A stretch of 64,000 nucleotides of DNA from a virus. Taxonomy: Duplodnaviria; Caudoviricetes. Of this stretch, positions 20,476-29,777 are shown one piece after another. The position numbers and the translations under genes were made by a program. The notes below the pieces were generated by a model. That model did no database searches, was not told the DNA's origin, and saw nothing but the letters and a program-made list of their open reading frames with translations. Where the stretch lies: positions 64,001-128,000 of the IMG/VR virus record IMGVR_UViG_3300037067_006336. One strand, written 5' to 3'. Position 1 is the first letter of the stretch. Each line of letters opens with the position of its first letter.

Positions 20476-20483
20476 CAGGATAT
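20476..20483 (+). promoter_or_regulatory. RCAGGATAT promoter-like motif
   Basis: Upstream of SSB gene. Confidence 0.65.
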
Positions 20484-20489
20484 AAATAA

Positions 20490-20536
20490 TTCAATTAATC
20501 CATAATCAATTTCAATTAATATCTAATCAATTTCAA
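20490..20536 (+). repeat. G-free 21-nt tandem repeat in SSB leader
   Basis: TTCAATTAATCCATAATCAAT / TTCAATTAATATCTAATCAAT / TTCAA. Confidence 0.75.
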
Positions 20537-20538
20537 CC

Positions 20539-21702
20539 ATGAGTTCTAAAGATTTGTTAAAGCAGTCCTTGTTAACGTCACAAGTTGTTGACGATGGCAA
20601 GAAAATCGCCGTGAAAGCGGATGACATCCAACAAGGTTCAAGTATCGACTGGGACAAGATTTACTTCGAGCCACAGCCAGGTAACACGTACCTTGTCAAG
20701 TTGCTCCCGGTAGCGGAGGCAGAGTTACCCACGACTACTAACATAGAGAACAGGCGTTCTTACAAGAAATTACCCGATCCAGAAAGAAGGGGTAAGAACT
20801 TGATGTACATCTCATCCAACGTTAGTAACACTTGTGCAGCACTTGAGACGTTCTTTAGCTTGAACGACCTGAAGAAATCAGGGGATGTTCTAGCGGAGAA
20901 GAAAATCAAGACATACATGAGTAGTTCTACGGAAAATTGCGTCAAGATTCAAGTACTTGATTCTCCTAAACGCGAGGAAATAGGCATCATCCGGTTAATG
21001 AAATTCCAGGCTGGTGGACAGAATGCAACCTTTACAAACATGATCGACGCGAAGTTAAACCCTAGCGAGGCCAAGAAGAAAAATGGTGATATTAGAGAGG
21101 ACTTGTTCAATATCTTCGGTTCATCAATCCTTTGTATCGAGTGCAAGAAGGCAGTTATCGACGGTGAGGAGGTACGGGATTTCACGGCATCATCATGGCT
21201 TGATAAGGCTAACCAGGTAAAGGGTGCAATAGGTATCACCAAGGACGGTAAAACACACCAGTTCAGTACTGCTGACCTCGTTAAAGGTGAATTGAAACCA
21301 GAGGTTATGCCATTCTTCGAGGCATTCTTCGAACAGTTGACCGACCCTGCTATCAGCATGTTCCGGTTCTTCTGTTACAAACCTATTGATCATCCTTCAA
21401 ACGATGAGGAAACCGTGAAATACCTCACGAAGAATCACGAGAAAGTTGCAAGGGTATGCAAGATCATACTTGATGCCAAAAATATCGAGGAAATCGCAAC
21501 ATCTTGCAAGTCTGACGCTAGCCCTGATGCTAGAAGCGAGAAGCAAGTCAAGAACGAGTCAGGTAAGAACGTGATTACCGACAATGTCCCAGACGAGTTG
21601 AAAGGATCTATCGTGGACAGTACCACTAATACCAAGGAAACATCCAAGAAAGATGATTCAGTTGCAGGTTCAGACCCGGCAGCCGATATCCTGAATTCTT
21701 AA
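20539..21702 (+). CDS. single-stranded DNA-binding protein, T4 gp32-like
   Basis: YLVKLLP, C..LETF, IQVLDSP..E..G, DF..S.W pattern; low-complexity acidic C-terminal tail; adjacent to UvsW. Confidence 0.7.
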   Translation: MSSKDLLKQSLLTSQVVDDGKKIAVKADDIQQGSSIDWDKIYFEPQPGNTYLVKLLPVAEAELPTTTNIENRRSYKKLPDPERRGKNLMYISSNVSNTCAALETFFSLNDLKKSGDVLAEKKIKTYMSSSTENCVKIQVLDSPKREEIGIIRLMKFQAGGQNATFTNMIDAKLNPSEAKKKNGDIREDLFNIFGSSILCIECKKAVIDGEEVRDFTASSWLDKANQVKGAIGITKDGKTHQFSTADLVKGELKPEVMPFFEAFFEQLTDPAISMFRFFCYKPIDHPSNDEETVKYLTKNHEKVARVCKIILDAKNIEEIATSCKSDASPDARSEKQVKNESGKNVITDNVPDELKGSIVDSTTNTKETSKKDDSVAGSDPAADILNS

Positions 21703-21704
21703 AT

Positions 21705-21739
21705 AGGGGGAGGGGACGTGATACTACGTCCCTTTCCCT
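21705..21739 (+). terminator. stem-loop after SSB gene
   Basis: AGGGGGAGGGGACGT..ACGTCCCTTTCCCT. Confidence 0.5.
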
Positions 21740-21762
21740 TTAAATAAAAATACGAAAACATC

Positions 21763-23325
21763 ATGAAATTCACGTTCGCCCAGGGTAAGGTAAAGGGGAG
21801 GGATTTCGTCGGTATATCCGGTATGAAGACAAGGGAAGACTTCGAGATGCACGACATCATCAAGAAAACCCTGTCAAGGACAGAGTACATGCCGTTCGTA
21901 CAGGGGTTCAACAAGAACGTTCACGAGTCGTACATGTTTTACCAGGATACCGTGTTCCCGTTACAGTTCTGGCAGGATGTAAAAGATAACCTGGTTAAAT
22001 TAGGTCACAAGGTAAATTTCGAGAACGAGAACGATTATCTAGCTAATTTCAATGATATTTCAAGGGAAGATTTCAACGAGTGGTTACAATCTAAACGATT
22101 CCCTGAAGATATAGACACCGTTTCAGAAGAATACAAGTTCCAGAGGGACTCGGTGTATAAAATACTGGTGGAGAAAACAGGTCACGCCAACATCTCGATG
22201 AGTGGTGGCAAGACATTCATAATATACTTGTTCACACGTTACCTGAAGGATCACTATATGTTACCACCAGGAAAACAAGTACTGCTGGTACTTCCTGACA
22301 AGGGGCTCGTGAAACAAACTAAAAACGAGTTCGACAAGTTTGACACGTTTGAAACGGGAGATAAGATAAAGGTGTCAAGCGTGTTCTCCGGTTCCAAACA
22401 AGTAAGTGGTGCCGATATAGTTGCAGGGACGTTCCAATCGCTCGGGAACTACGAGGAGGATTTCTTCGACAACATCCACGCGATGATATGTGACGAGATG
22501 CACCGGGCGAAGATGTTCACCATACGCAACGAGATTTATTCCAAGATAAGGAACGCTGGTTATTTCTTCGGGTTGACTGGAACAGTACCGAGGTATAATA
22601 CCATAGATTACCTGCATACAACCGCGATGTTCGGGAGAGAACTAGTCAAGGTAACAACCCGGCAGTTGATAGATATGAAACTAGCCACACCGGTTAATGT
22701 CAGGATACTATCATTGCAGTATGATGAGGATAGCAAGTTGTTCTCCAGGAGATTGAAGGAAAAAGGACTAACCGGCAACTTGAAATACATAGAGGAATGT
22801 GGTTTCTTCAGGTCAAATGAATCAAGGATACGAGTTATAGCTAAGCTCATGAATTCAGAAGAGTTCAAGTACAACACATTGATAGTGGCGAACTCGGTAT
22901 CATACCTTTACAGGATAAAAGAAATACTGGATGAATATTGCCCGTTATGGACCATAAAGATAATACACGGGTCACACGAAGAATACGGTGAGGTGAAAAA
23001 CAGGTTGGATATAATAGAGGAAATGAAGGTAAATGACGGTCATTTCTGCATAGTTGCCACTACACAAACGATGGGAACAGGTGTATCGATAAAGAACCTG
23101 GAGAATATTTACATGCCTGATGGTGGTAAATCAGAGAACAATGTCAGGCAGGTATTCGGAAGAGGTATGCGTTTATTACCACGCAAGAAAGATTGTAACC
23201 TGTTCGATTTCCGGGATGAGATACCCGGGTCATCGTTCTTGCAACACTCGATAGAACGAGAGAAGATTTACAAGGAACAAGACATACCTTACAAGCACTT
23301 GAAGGTTGATCTCTCAAGGTTTTAA
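21763..23325 (+). CDS. uvsW: UvsW-like SF2 DNA helicase
   Basis: SGGKT, DEMH, GLTGT, TMGTGVSIKNL, RQVFGRGMR. Confidence 0.85.
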   Translation: MKFTFAQGKVKGRDFVGISGMKTREDFEMHDIIKKTLSRTEYMPFVQGFNKNVHESYMFYQDTVFPLQFWQDVKDNLVKLGHKVNFENENDYLANFNDISREDFNEWLQSKRFPEDIDTVSEEYKFQRDSVYKILVEKTGHANISMSGGKTFIIYLFTRYLKDHYMLPPGKQVLLVLPDKGLVKQTKNEFDKFDTFETGDKIKVSSVFSGSKQVSGADIVAGTFQSLGNYEEDFFDNIHAMICDEMHRAKMFTIRNEIYSKIRNAGYFFGLTGTVPRYNTIDYLHTTAMFGRELVKVTTRQLIDMKLATPVNVRILSLQYDEDSKLFSRRLKEKGLTGNLKYIEECGFFRSNESRIRVIAKLMNSEEFKYNTLIVANSVSYLYRIKEILDEYCPLWTIKIIHGSHEEYGEVKNRLDIIEEMKVNDGHFCIVATTQTMGTGVSIKNLENIYMPDGGKSENNVRQVFGRGMRLLPRKKDCNLFDFRDEIPGSSFLQHSIEREKIYKEQDIPYKHLKVDLSRF

Positions 23326-23360
23326 AACGATATTAAGTAAATAAATTTAAATAATCCTTT

Positions 23361-23843
23361 ATGGATGATAACCAGCAAACATCAGAACACGTTGTTGAAA
23401 CAGGGATGGTAGATGGCATTTACGTGAAGTTATCAAGCCAGGAGAACTCATCTAATTTCGACGTTAATACATTGTTATTATCGGCACATGAATCAGTGAA
23501 ACGAAACGTTCACGGGGTTTTGAAAAGCGTTGAAACCAAGGTACTGCTTAATGATGTCACCACGCTTAACAACGTGCTTGTTGCATCTTACAAGGATTTC
23601 AAGCATAAGACAGGTTTCAACAACCTGGCTATCGTTTTCACCGCGTATTGTGATTATTTCGGGACAGATTACCACGATACTTACACCCGGTTGCACGATA
23701 AGATGAAGGAAGAGATAAAACGTACATCGGTCACCGTACTGGGACATGATGTCATGGATAACATGAACCGGCTTCACGGGGAAAAGAAAGAAATACCCAC
23801 GCTAGCGGAATTACTCAAGATAAAGAGGGAAAAACACAAGTAA
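23361..23843 (+). CDS. hypothetical protein
   Basis: 160-aa ORF. Confidence 0.6.
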   Translation: MDDNQQTSEHVVETGMVDGIYVKLSSQENSSNFDVNTLLLSAHESVKRNVHGVLKSVETKVLLNDVTTLNNVLVASYKDFKHKTGFNNLAIVFTAYCDYFGTDYHDTYTRLHDKMKEEIKRTSVTVLGHDVMDNMNRLHGEKKEIPTLAELLKIKREKHK

Positions 23844-23846
23844 GGC

Positions 23847-24545
23847 ATGATACAACCTGGCATAAAGTACGATTTCAAGCAATTGCTAACAGCATTGACA
23901 GCAATAGTGGCGGACATGGAGTTGAAGTTACAATCAATCATGGTCGATCTACCGGTATTCGTCCTGCAAACAGGTGACACATCGTACTGGATGACCAAGA
24001 AATTCGAGAAGATCGAGATTAGTGATGCTTCCAGGGAGATATACAACAAGACACCCAGGTTTATCATAACCGTGGGTGATTTCGACATAGCACTTGACCA
24101 GTTATCGAGCAAGTACAACAAGCTTACATACAAGTACTCTAACAGTGTTTACATGACAAGTTTCAGGCGTATGCCGTTCACGGTGATACTACAAACATCG
24201 TTAGTTTGCCCCAACTTCATAGATTACCTGGAGAACATGATGGTGCTGAACTCCCTGTTTTACTCCAGGGAGAATTACCTGACGTACGAGTTCGGGGGTA
24301 GCACGTATGATACCTCGTACAACTACCAGAACCCGGGGAAATCCGAACCGGACATGAACGCCGGTAGCACCAGGAACTTCACGATCAACACGTCTTTCGA
24401 GTGCAAGGTTCACGTGTCCACACCCAGGGTTGAAACCATTAAACTACTCGATACAAGCGGTGACTCGGTTGTGTTTGATGTAACGGAAAAAGACGGGGAA
24501 GATAACTCGCTAGATATGACGTACCAGGTTGATTCCAGCTTGTAA
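23847..24545 (+). CDS. tail terminator/sheath stabiliser, gp15-like
   Basis: TPRFII...D..QL...RRMPFTV...L...D...E.....FY pattern of gp15-like proteins. Confidence 0.5.
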   Translation: MIQPGIKYDFKQLLTALTAIVADMELKLQSIMVDLPVFVLQTGDTSYWMTKKFEKIEISDASREIYNKTPRFIITVGDFDIALDQLSSKYNKLTYKYSNSVYMTSFRRMPFTVILQTSLVCPNFIDYLENMMVLNSLFYSRENYLTYEFGGSTYDTSYNYQNPGKSEPDMNAGSTRNFTINTSFECKVHVSTPRVETIKLLDTSGDSVVFDVTEKDGEDNSLDMTYQVDSSL

Positions 24546-24563
24546 AACAGATATTATTAAATC

Positions 24564-25136
24564 ATGATACATAATTACATGTCAAATGTTTACGCGTACC
24601 TTGAACGATTCAGGGACGTGCGTTTCTTCACGAAGAAAAAAGCCATCATTCATTTCTTTTTATCACCTTGGTTCGTTTTACTGGAGTCAGTTGTTTACCG
24701 TTACTACTGGAAGAATCTAATAATAACCGAGCTGTTAACGTCGGACCCCATAGTTGAATTCTTGGACAAGAACGAGTTCGAGTACAAGGGTAACAAGTTA
24801 ATCAAGATAGACCTGTTATCATCGAACGAGTTTTACAACAGGACGAAATTAAGGGAGGCAGAGGATATAATATGGAAGGATTTCAAGGATGCATTGATGA
24901 ACCTCCTACCAGGTAACGTTTCATTCAACGTGGAGGATTACATCACCTTGCTCGTTACATGTGATACCAGGAGTATAAGAAGCGGAAACGAGATAGCATC
25001 ATCAAAGATTTACACGGTCGAGATATACTTCTGCCGTTTACCATTCTACAAGGAGACCATGAAGAAGTTTAAATCATGGGTATTGATGGTGACCATCATG
25101 ATAGGAATACTCCTAGTTGCAGGATATATTTTTTAA
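24564..25136 (+). CDS. hypothetical membrane-anchored protein
   Basis: C-terminal hydrophobic helix WVLMVTIMIGILLVAGYIF. Confidence 0.55.
   Translation: MIHNYMSNVYAYLERFRDVRFFTKKKAIIHFFLSPWFVLLESVVYRYYWKNLIITELLTSDPIVEFLDKNEFEYKGNKLIKIDLLSSNEFYNRTKLREAEDIIWKDFKDALMNLLPGNVSFNVEDYITLLVTCDTRSIRSGNEIASSKIYTVEIYFCRLPFYKETMKKFKSWVLMVTIMIGILLVAGYIF
25120..25127 (+). promoter_or_regulatory. RCAGGATAT promoter-like motif
   Basis: 39 nt upstream of ATG 25159. Confidence 0.55.
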
Positions 25137-25158
25137 CCAATCATAATTTAATATAATC

Positions 25159-26718
25159 ATGGAAAACATCGAGAAAAAATCTCTCGTGGACCTAGTTCAG
25201 GAAATATCCCACGAGTACCTTGAGGAACCTGGAAAGGTCACTGAAATACTGGGGATGACCAGGGCTGAAAACGACAGTACGCCTTTGAGTGTTGAGGCTT
25301 ACAAGGCAATAGGAGCGTTAACATACCTGATAGGGAAGGATTTCACCTCGTCTCCCTACCCCACGGAAAAGGTGTTGACAAGGTGGCGTGAACGTTTCAA
25401 CGGCATAAATAAACAGGTATTTGATAACGTACTTTCATACATCATGACAGGTGTCATCACGGACACCAGGTTACGGGACGCCAAGGAATCGATGCATTGT
25501 CAACTTGACAAGACATGGGTTATTACCCCTGTTATCATGAACGAGTTACGTAGACATGTTGCAACCATATTCCGGGACTCTGAACTAGCCTCTAATTACG
25601 CGGTTCCGGTTAAGGAAATAATGCAGTTGAAGGAGTACACGTATTCAGACATATTGAAGATCAACTCGTTATTCATGAATAACATCGAGTTCAAGAGTAA
25701 CGCCATGAAATCTTACATCAAGCTTTACAGTGCAAAAGACTGGACAGATGCCTTGAACAAGGGGGTTAAACTTGCTGATGAGCGCAAGTTATCAGTGTTA
25801 TTACAAGACGCGATACTAACCTTCCAGTACCACGTTACCCGTTACCAGGAGTTTTACAAGATCACCGGGGTAGGTGAAATAATTAACAACATGTTCGACA
25901 TCGTGTTTGATGCTAACCTGCCTCTTGATGAACTAAACGTTCTTGAAGGAAAATTGAAGGAACTATACGACGTGCATGTTTCAAGTAACCCGGAACCCGT
26001 GGTAATGAAAGTTAACAAGGAAGATTCCATCACGGAAAAGATAGATAGTTCCAGGGAAGATAACCCATCTGGGTTCATTTACCTCACTATTGCCGATGCC
26101 AATGATCTTTCAACAGGTGAGTTGAACACCCCTGAATGCCTTAGATCAGCACTAGGTAACCTGCTAGGTGACGCTGCTTACACATCTAACCTGTACGAGT
26201 ACGTGGTAAGGAACACGAACAGCAACAAGTTCGGTGACATAAAATCAATCAGCGGCAACATGAACATGGATGACTTCAAGGAAACCTTGAATAACATCAT
26301 GGAGGAACGCAAGAAAATCTACCAGGATAATATCAAGTTCATTTGTAACAAGATAGACCCTGCAATAGAGAACAGGTTGAAAACATTGCTGACAAGCGTT
26401 ATAACCGATGCTATAACCAGTACCCCCGAACAGAAATCGGTAATAGCATCGTACCTTACCGGGATGCAGGTACAAACCTACCTTCATGTTCACCAGTTGA
26501 TAGCGGTTATCGAGAACTGTCGCACGTCCAACTACCAGTCGTACGCTGCCCTGTACGATTACCTTAATACCAATGATACAATGAAGAGGGTCTCAGAAAT
26601 TGCGGTTGAATCTAACAACATGTCCACAGGGATATCCTTGATATCTGCTATCTTGAAATTCATCGAGAAGGCCGAAGCACCAGTTGTGGTTGAAGATGTT
26701 GCAATAACTAATGAATAA
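25159..26718 (+). CDS. hypothetical protein
   Basis: 519-aa helical ORF. Confidence 0.65.
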   Translation: MENIEKKSLVDLVQEISHEYLEEPGKVTEILGMTRAENDSTPLSVEAYKAIGALTYLIGKDFTSSPYPTEKVLTRWRERFNGINKQVFDNVLSYIMTGVITDTRLRDAKESMHCQLDKTWVITPVIMNELRRHVATIFRDSELASNYAVPVKEIMQLKEYTYSDILKINSLFMNNIEFKSNAMKSYIKLYSAKDWTDALNKGVKLADERKLSVLLQDAILTFQYHVTRYQEFYKITGVGEIINNMFDIVFDANLPLDELNVLEGKLKELYDVHVSSNPEPVVMKVNKEDSITEKIDSSREDNPSGFIYLTIADANDLSTGELNTPECLRSALGNLLGDAAYTSNLYEYVVRNTNSNKFGDIKSISGNMNMDDFKETLNNIMEERKKIYQDNIKFICNKIDPAIENRLKTLLTSVITDAITSTPEQKSVIASYLTGMQVQTYLHVHQLIAVIENCRTSNYQSYAALYDYLNTNDTMKRVSEIAVESNNMSTGISLISAILKFIEKAEAPVVVEDVAITNE

Positions 26719-26723
26719 TTAAT

Positions 26724-26751
26724 GGGGGAGGTGGTTTTAAACCCCTCCCCT
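26724..26751 (+). terminator. G/C-rich stem-loop
   Basis: GGGGGAGG..CCTCCCCT. Confidence 0.4.
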
Positions 26752-26767
26752 TCCAAAAACTAGGAAA

Positions 26768-27559
26768 ATGAGAAACTGGATAAAGAAATTCAACTCGACG
26801 GTCAGGTTCATAGTATCGATAATAGCATCCCGTGAATTCGCCTTGATATACTGTTTGCTTGGGACGTTCACGCAGATAGCGCACACGTACTTCCTGGCAG
26901 AATCGATATCATCATTCGTCGGGTTCTTCAAGGTGTTCCAGGCTACCTTACTATCAACATTCATATCATCATCTTTATTGTACTTCGTATCGATAGCTGA
27001 TAACAACGAGACAAGGGAATCAAGGAATATCAGGATAGCAGTTAATGTTTTCATGTACATCGAGATACTTATAAATCTGTATTACTACACGAGACACTTG
27101 ATAATAGATGCTCCCGAGATGAGGGTATTTGATTTCATATTCGCTTCCGTTATATCAACGTTGATACCTGTTACCATCAAGTTGTACGCTTCTCATATAC
27201 GGGCTAAAGAATGGTTTGATGATATGATGAGGGAGGAAAATGACGCCGAGGTAAAACAAGTTGAAAACGTCACAGGTAATGATGCAACCATACTCGTGGA
27301 GCAATTAAACATGTTGCGAGAATCCCTCCTGGAAGAAGTAAGGATGGAGGTAAAAAATGAGGTTGTGAAAATGAAGTCACCTGACCCCAGCATTGAAGAT
27401 ATAAACATGAAACTAGGGGAATTCGAGAAGAACATCGATAAAACCGTATCAGATGTTTTCAAGGAGAAGGAGAAGTTGTTTCTAGGACAGTTCGAGAACA
27501 AGTTGAAACTCATGATGAACACCACACAGGGAAGGGCATTAAACGGTATGAACCAATGA
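26768..27559 (+). CDS. multi-pass membrane protein with C-terminal coiled coil
   Basis: About four hydrophobic segments, then a charged helical tail. Confidence 0.6.
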   Translation: MRNWIKKFNSTVRFIVSIIASREFALIYCLLGTFTQIAHTYFLAESISSFVGFFKVFQATLLSTFISSSLLYFVSIADNNETRESRNIRIAVNVFMYIEILINLYYYTRHLIIDAPEMRVFDFIFASVISTLIPVTIKLYASHIRAKEWFDDMMREENDAEVKQVENVTGNDATILVEQLNMLRESLLEEVRMEVKNEVVKMKSPDPSIEDINMKLGEFEKNIDKTVSDVFKEKEKLFLGQFENKLKLMMNTTQGRALNGMNQ

Positions 27560-27574
27560 TAATAACAATTAGTA

Positions 27575-28528
27575 ATGGAAAGTAAAAACGAAAACCAGCT
27601 TTTAATAAACCAGTATTTCCCCCGCGAGTGGGATGATTTGATACTACCGGTAAACACGTTGAAGAAACTAGAATCCGTGCGTGGAACCAGGGGTTACAGG
27701 TTATTGTTGTTCTCATCACCCGGGACGGGGAAGACAACGACATCCCGTTTACTAACCAAGGGGCATGATACCTTATACCTGTCTGGCTCAAACGATTATA
27801 ACATAACCACGCACCGGGAGAAGGTGGTGGCGTTCGCTTCCGGACACTCCGTTTCAGGGAAACAGAAGACAGTTGTGATAGATGAGGCAGAGAACATCAA
27901 GGATGCCTTGCAAGATGCCTTCAAGATAATATTCGACTCGGCTAAATCAACCAATTTCATATTCATAACCAACGAGGTAGAGAAGATAAACACGGCGTTG
28001 AAATCAAGGTTCTCAACCATAGATTACGATTTCACCGGGAGTGAACTAGAGGAACAGAAGAAAAAATACACTAATTTCTTCATAAAGGTTTGTGACGAGA
28101 ATAATATAAGGTTCGATAACAAGGGTGCCAAGCTAATTATCGAGAACCATTTCCCCGATATCCGTCACATGCTGGTAATGTTACAAGATTTCCTTGATTA
28201 CGGCTACGACGTAACCGTGGAGAACTTCAAGAAACTTAACGATAGTGGTAAACAAAATATCGAGTTGTACAACTTGGTAGAGAATTGCGTGAAGATATCA
28301 CCAAAGGAATTCTTCGAGACACTGGTAAAATTCAAGGGGAAGGAACGAGAATGTCTCATGTCTCTTGGTGAACCTTACTTCGAGTACCTTAATTCCAAGG
28401 GTATGTACGACAAGACCATTGATGCGTGTGAAATTGTTTCTAAATGCTCCTACGAGTACACGTTCACGATAAACAAGTTCGCGTCTTTTTATGCATGTTG
28501 TGTCGCGTTGTCAACATTGTTTCGTTAA
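27575..28528 (+). CDS. sliding-clamp loader ATPase subunit (gp44/RFC-like)
   Basis: SSPGTGKTT, VVIDEAE, FIFITN, ALKSRF, FPDIR. Confidence 0.9.
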   Translation: MESKNENQLLINQYFPREWDDLILPVNTLKKLESVRGTRGYRLLLFSSPGTGKTTTSRLLTKGHDTLYLSGSNDYNITTHREKVVAFASGHSVSGKQKTVVIDEAENIKDALQDAFKIIFDSAKSTNFIFITNEVEKINTALKSRFSTIDYDFTGSELEEQKKKYTNFFIKVCDENNIRFDNKGAKLIIENHFPDIRHMLVMLQDFLDYGYDVTVENFKKLNDSGKQNIELYNLVENCVKISPKEFFETLVKFKGKERECLMSLGEPYFEYLNSKGMYDKTIDACEIVSKCSYEYTFTINKFASFYACCVALSTLFR

Positions 28529-28539
28529 ATTGGAACGTC

Positions 28540-29097
28540 ATGATAACATTCTTCTTACCGTTGAAACCATCAAGCGTTAGACCGAAGAGGTCAGTTATCC
28601 TAACACATATAAGGTCGGTTATAGGGCGTGATTTCGACCATGTTATACACCCGGTGGATATGTTCATCGATAACGACGTACTTGGGACGGTGTCAGGGAA
28701 AGACGTGTGCATCTTCCACCCGCTGGTGGCGCATGATAACCTTGACACGATAAAATTACTCAAGAACAAGGTGGTAGTGTTGGAGAAGCCGACGATACTT
28801 GTCCAGAAAGAATCCAGGCAATTCAACCCGTTCAACGAGAACAAGGCACTTATACATGACATGATGGTATTATACATCAACCCGGGCATGTTAGATATTA
28901 CCAACGATGAATACAAGATAGTTGCTAACCGGGAGAATTTTATACTTTCAAATGATGACTTTCGTAATTACGTCGAGAGCAGGGGAGTTGTAACGGTTAA
29001 CGGGGGGATTGTTGAACCCGGCAGGATAAATGAATTTTCCCTGGCATCTGCCAGGGCTAACTTACCAAATATAATATCAGATGATAGAAGAAAATAA
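28540..29097 (+). CDS. hypothetical protein
   Basis: ATG 28540 just after clamp loader stop. Confidence 0.55.
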   Translation: MITFFLPLKPSSVRPKRSVILTHIRSVIGRDFDHVIHPVDMFIDNDVLGTVSGKDVCIFHPLVAHDNLDTIKLLKNKVVVLEKPTILVQKESRQFNPFNENKALIHDMMVLYINPGMLDITNDEYKIVANRENFILSNDDFRNYVESRGVVTVNGGIVEPGRINEFSLASARANLPNIISDDRRK

Positions 29098-29764
29098 TAA
29101 CTGGGAGCGTAAGATTGACATGTTCACGTGGGGTCTATCAGGTTCAGGCAAGGATACTATCTGTAACGCGTTAAAAAAACGCGGTGTCTTAACGTTGAGG
29201 ATAGCACGTACGATCAAACAGGTTATATGCGAGAAGTATGACATCACGATGGAAGAACTCGATCATTTGAAGAGGTTCAACCCTGCTTTCAGGGAATTAC
29301 ACCGTGATGTACAGGTTTACCTGGAAACGCTTGATAAGTCGGTATCAGGTGAAGATGTTGTTGCCGAGGGACCGATGAACCGGTTAAAACAGTTGGTAAA
29401 CTACACCGCTTTCGATTACGACATGTTACCAGCATCCACGCTCATGTCTTTCCCCAGGGTCATAGTTGATGTCAGGAAGATCGACGAGGTGAGGATGTTG
29501 TTGAAATCAGGTTTCCATGGCATCTTCCTTACCCGTATACCAACCGAGCACGTGATACAAGGGCACCCGACAGAGGTTTACCTTCCATTACATGAAGTCA
29601 TGATGGAGTTCGAATCCCAGTACCCTTATCAAATACACCTGATTGACAACAGAGTAACTAGTGAACCAATACCCTTCACCTGTATGCCGGAAATTACTTG
29701 CATAGATTCAAGTGCAAACAAGTTGATCAATGCAGCTTTCAATGTTATTAATAATATCAAGTAA
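29081..29764 (+). CDS. deoxynucleoside monophosphate kinase-like P-loop protein
   Basis: GLSGSGKDT, IA..IK, VIVDVR..E. Confidence 0.7.
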   Translation: MIEENNNWERKIDMFTWGLSGSGKDTICNALKKRGVLTLRIARTIKQVICEKYDITMEELDHLKRFNPAFRELHRDVQVYLETLDKSVSGEDVVAEGPMNRLKQLVNYTAFDYDMLPASTLMSFPRVIVDVRKIDEVRMLLKSGFHGIFLTRIPTEHVIQGHPTEVYLPLHEVMMEFESQYPYQIHLIDNRVTSEPIPFTCMPEITCIDSSANKLINAAFNVINNIK

Positions 29765-29777
29765 ACATATCCAAACC

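Noticed and set aside
20481-20488. T4 late promoter TATAAATA
   Set aside because: Only one clear instance, overlapping the RCAGGATAT motif; the other motif copies lack it.
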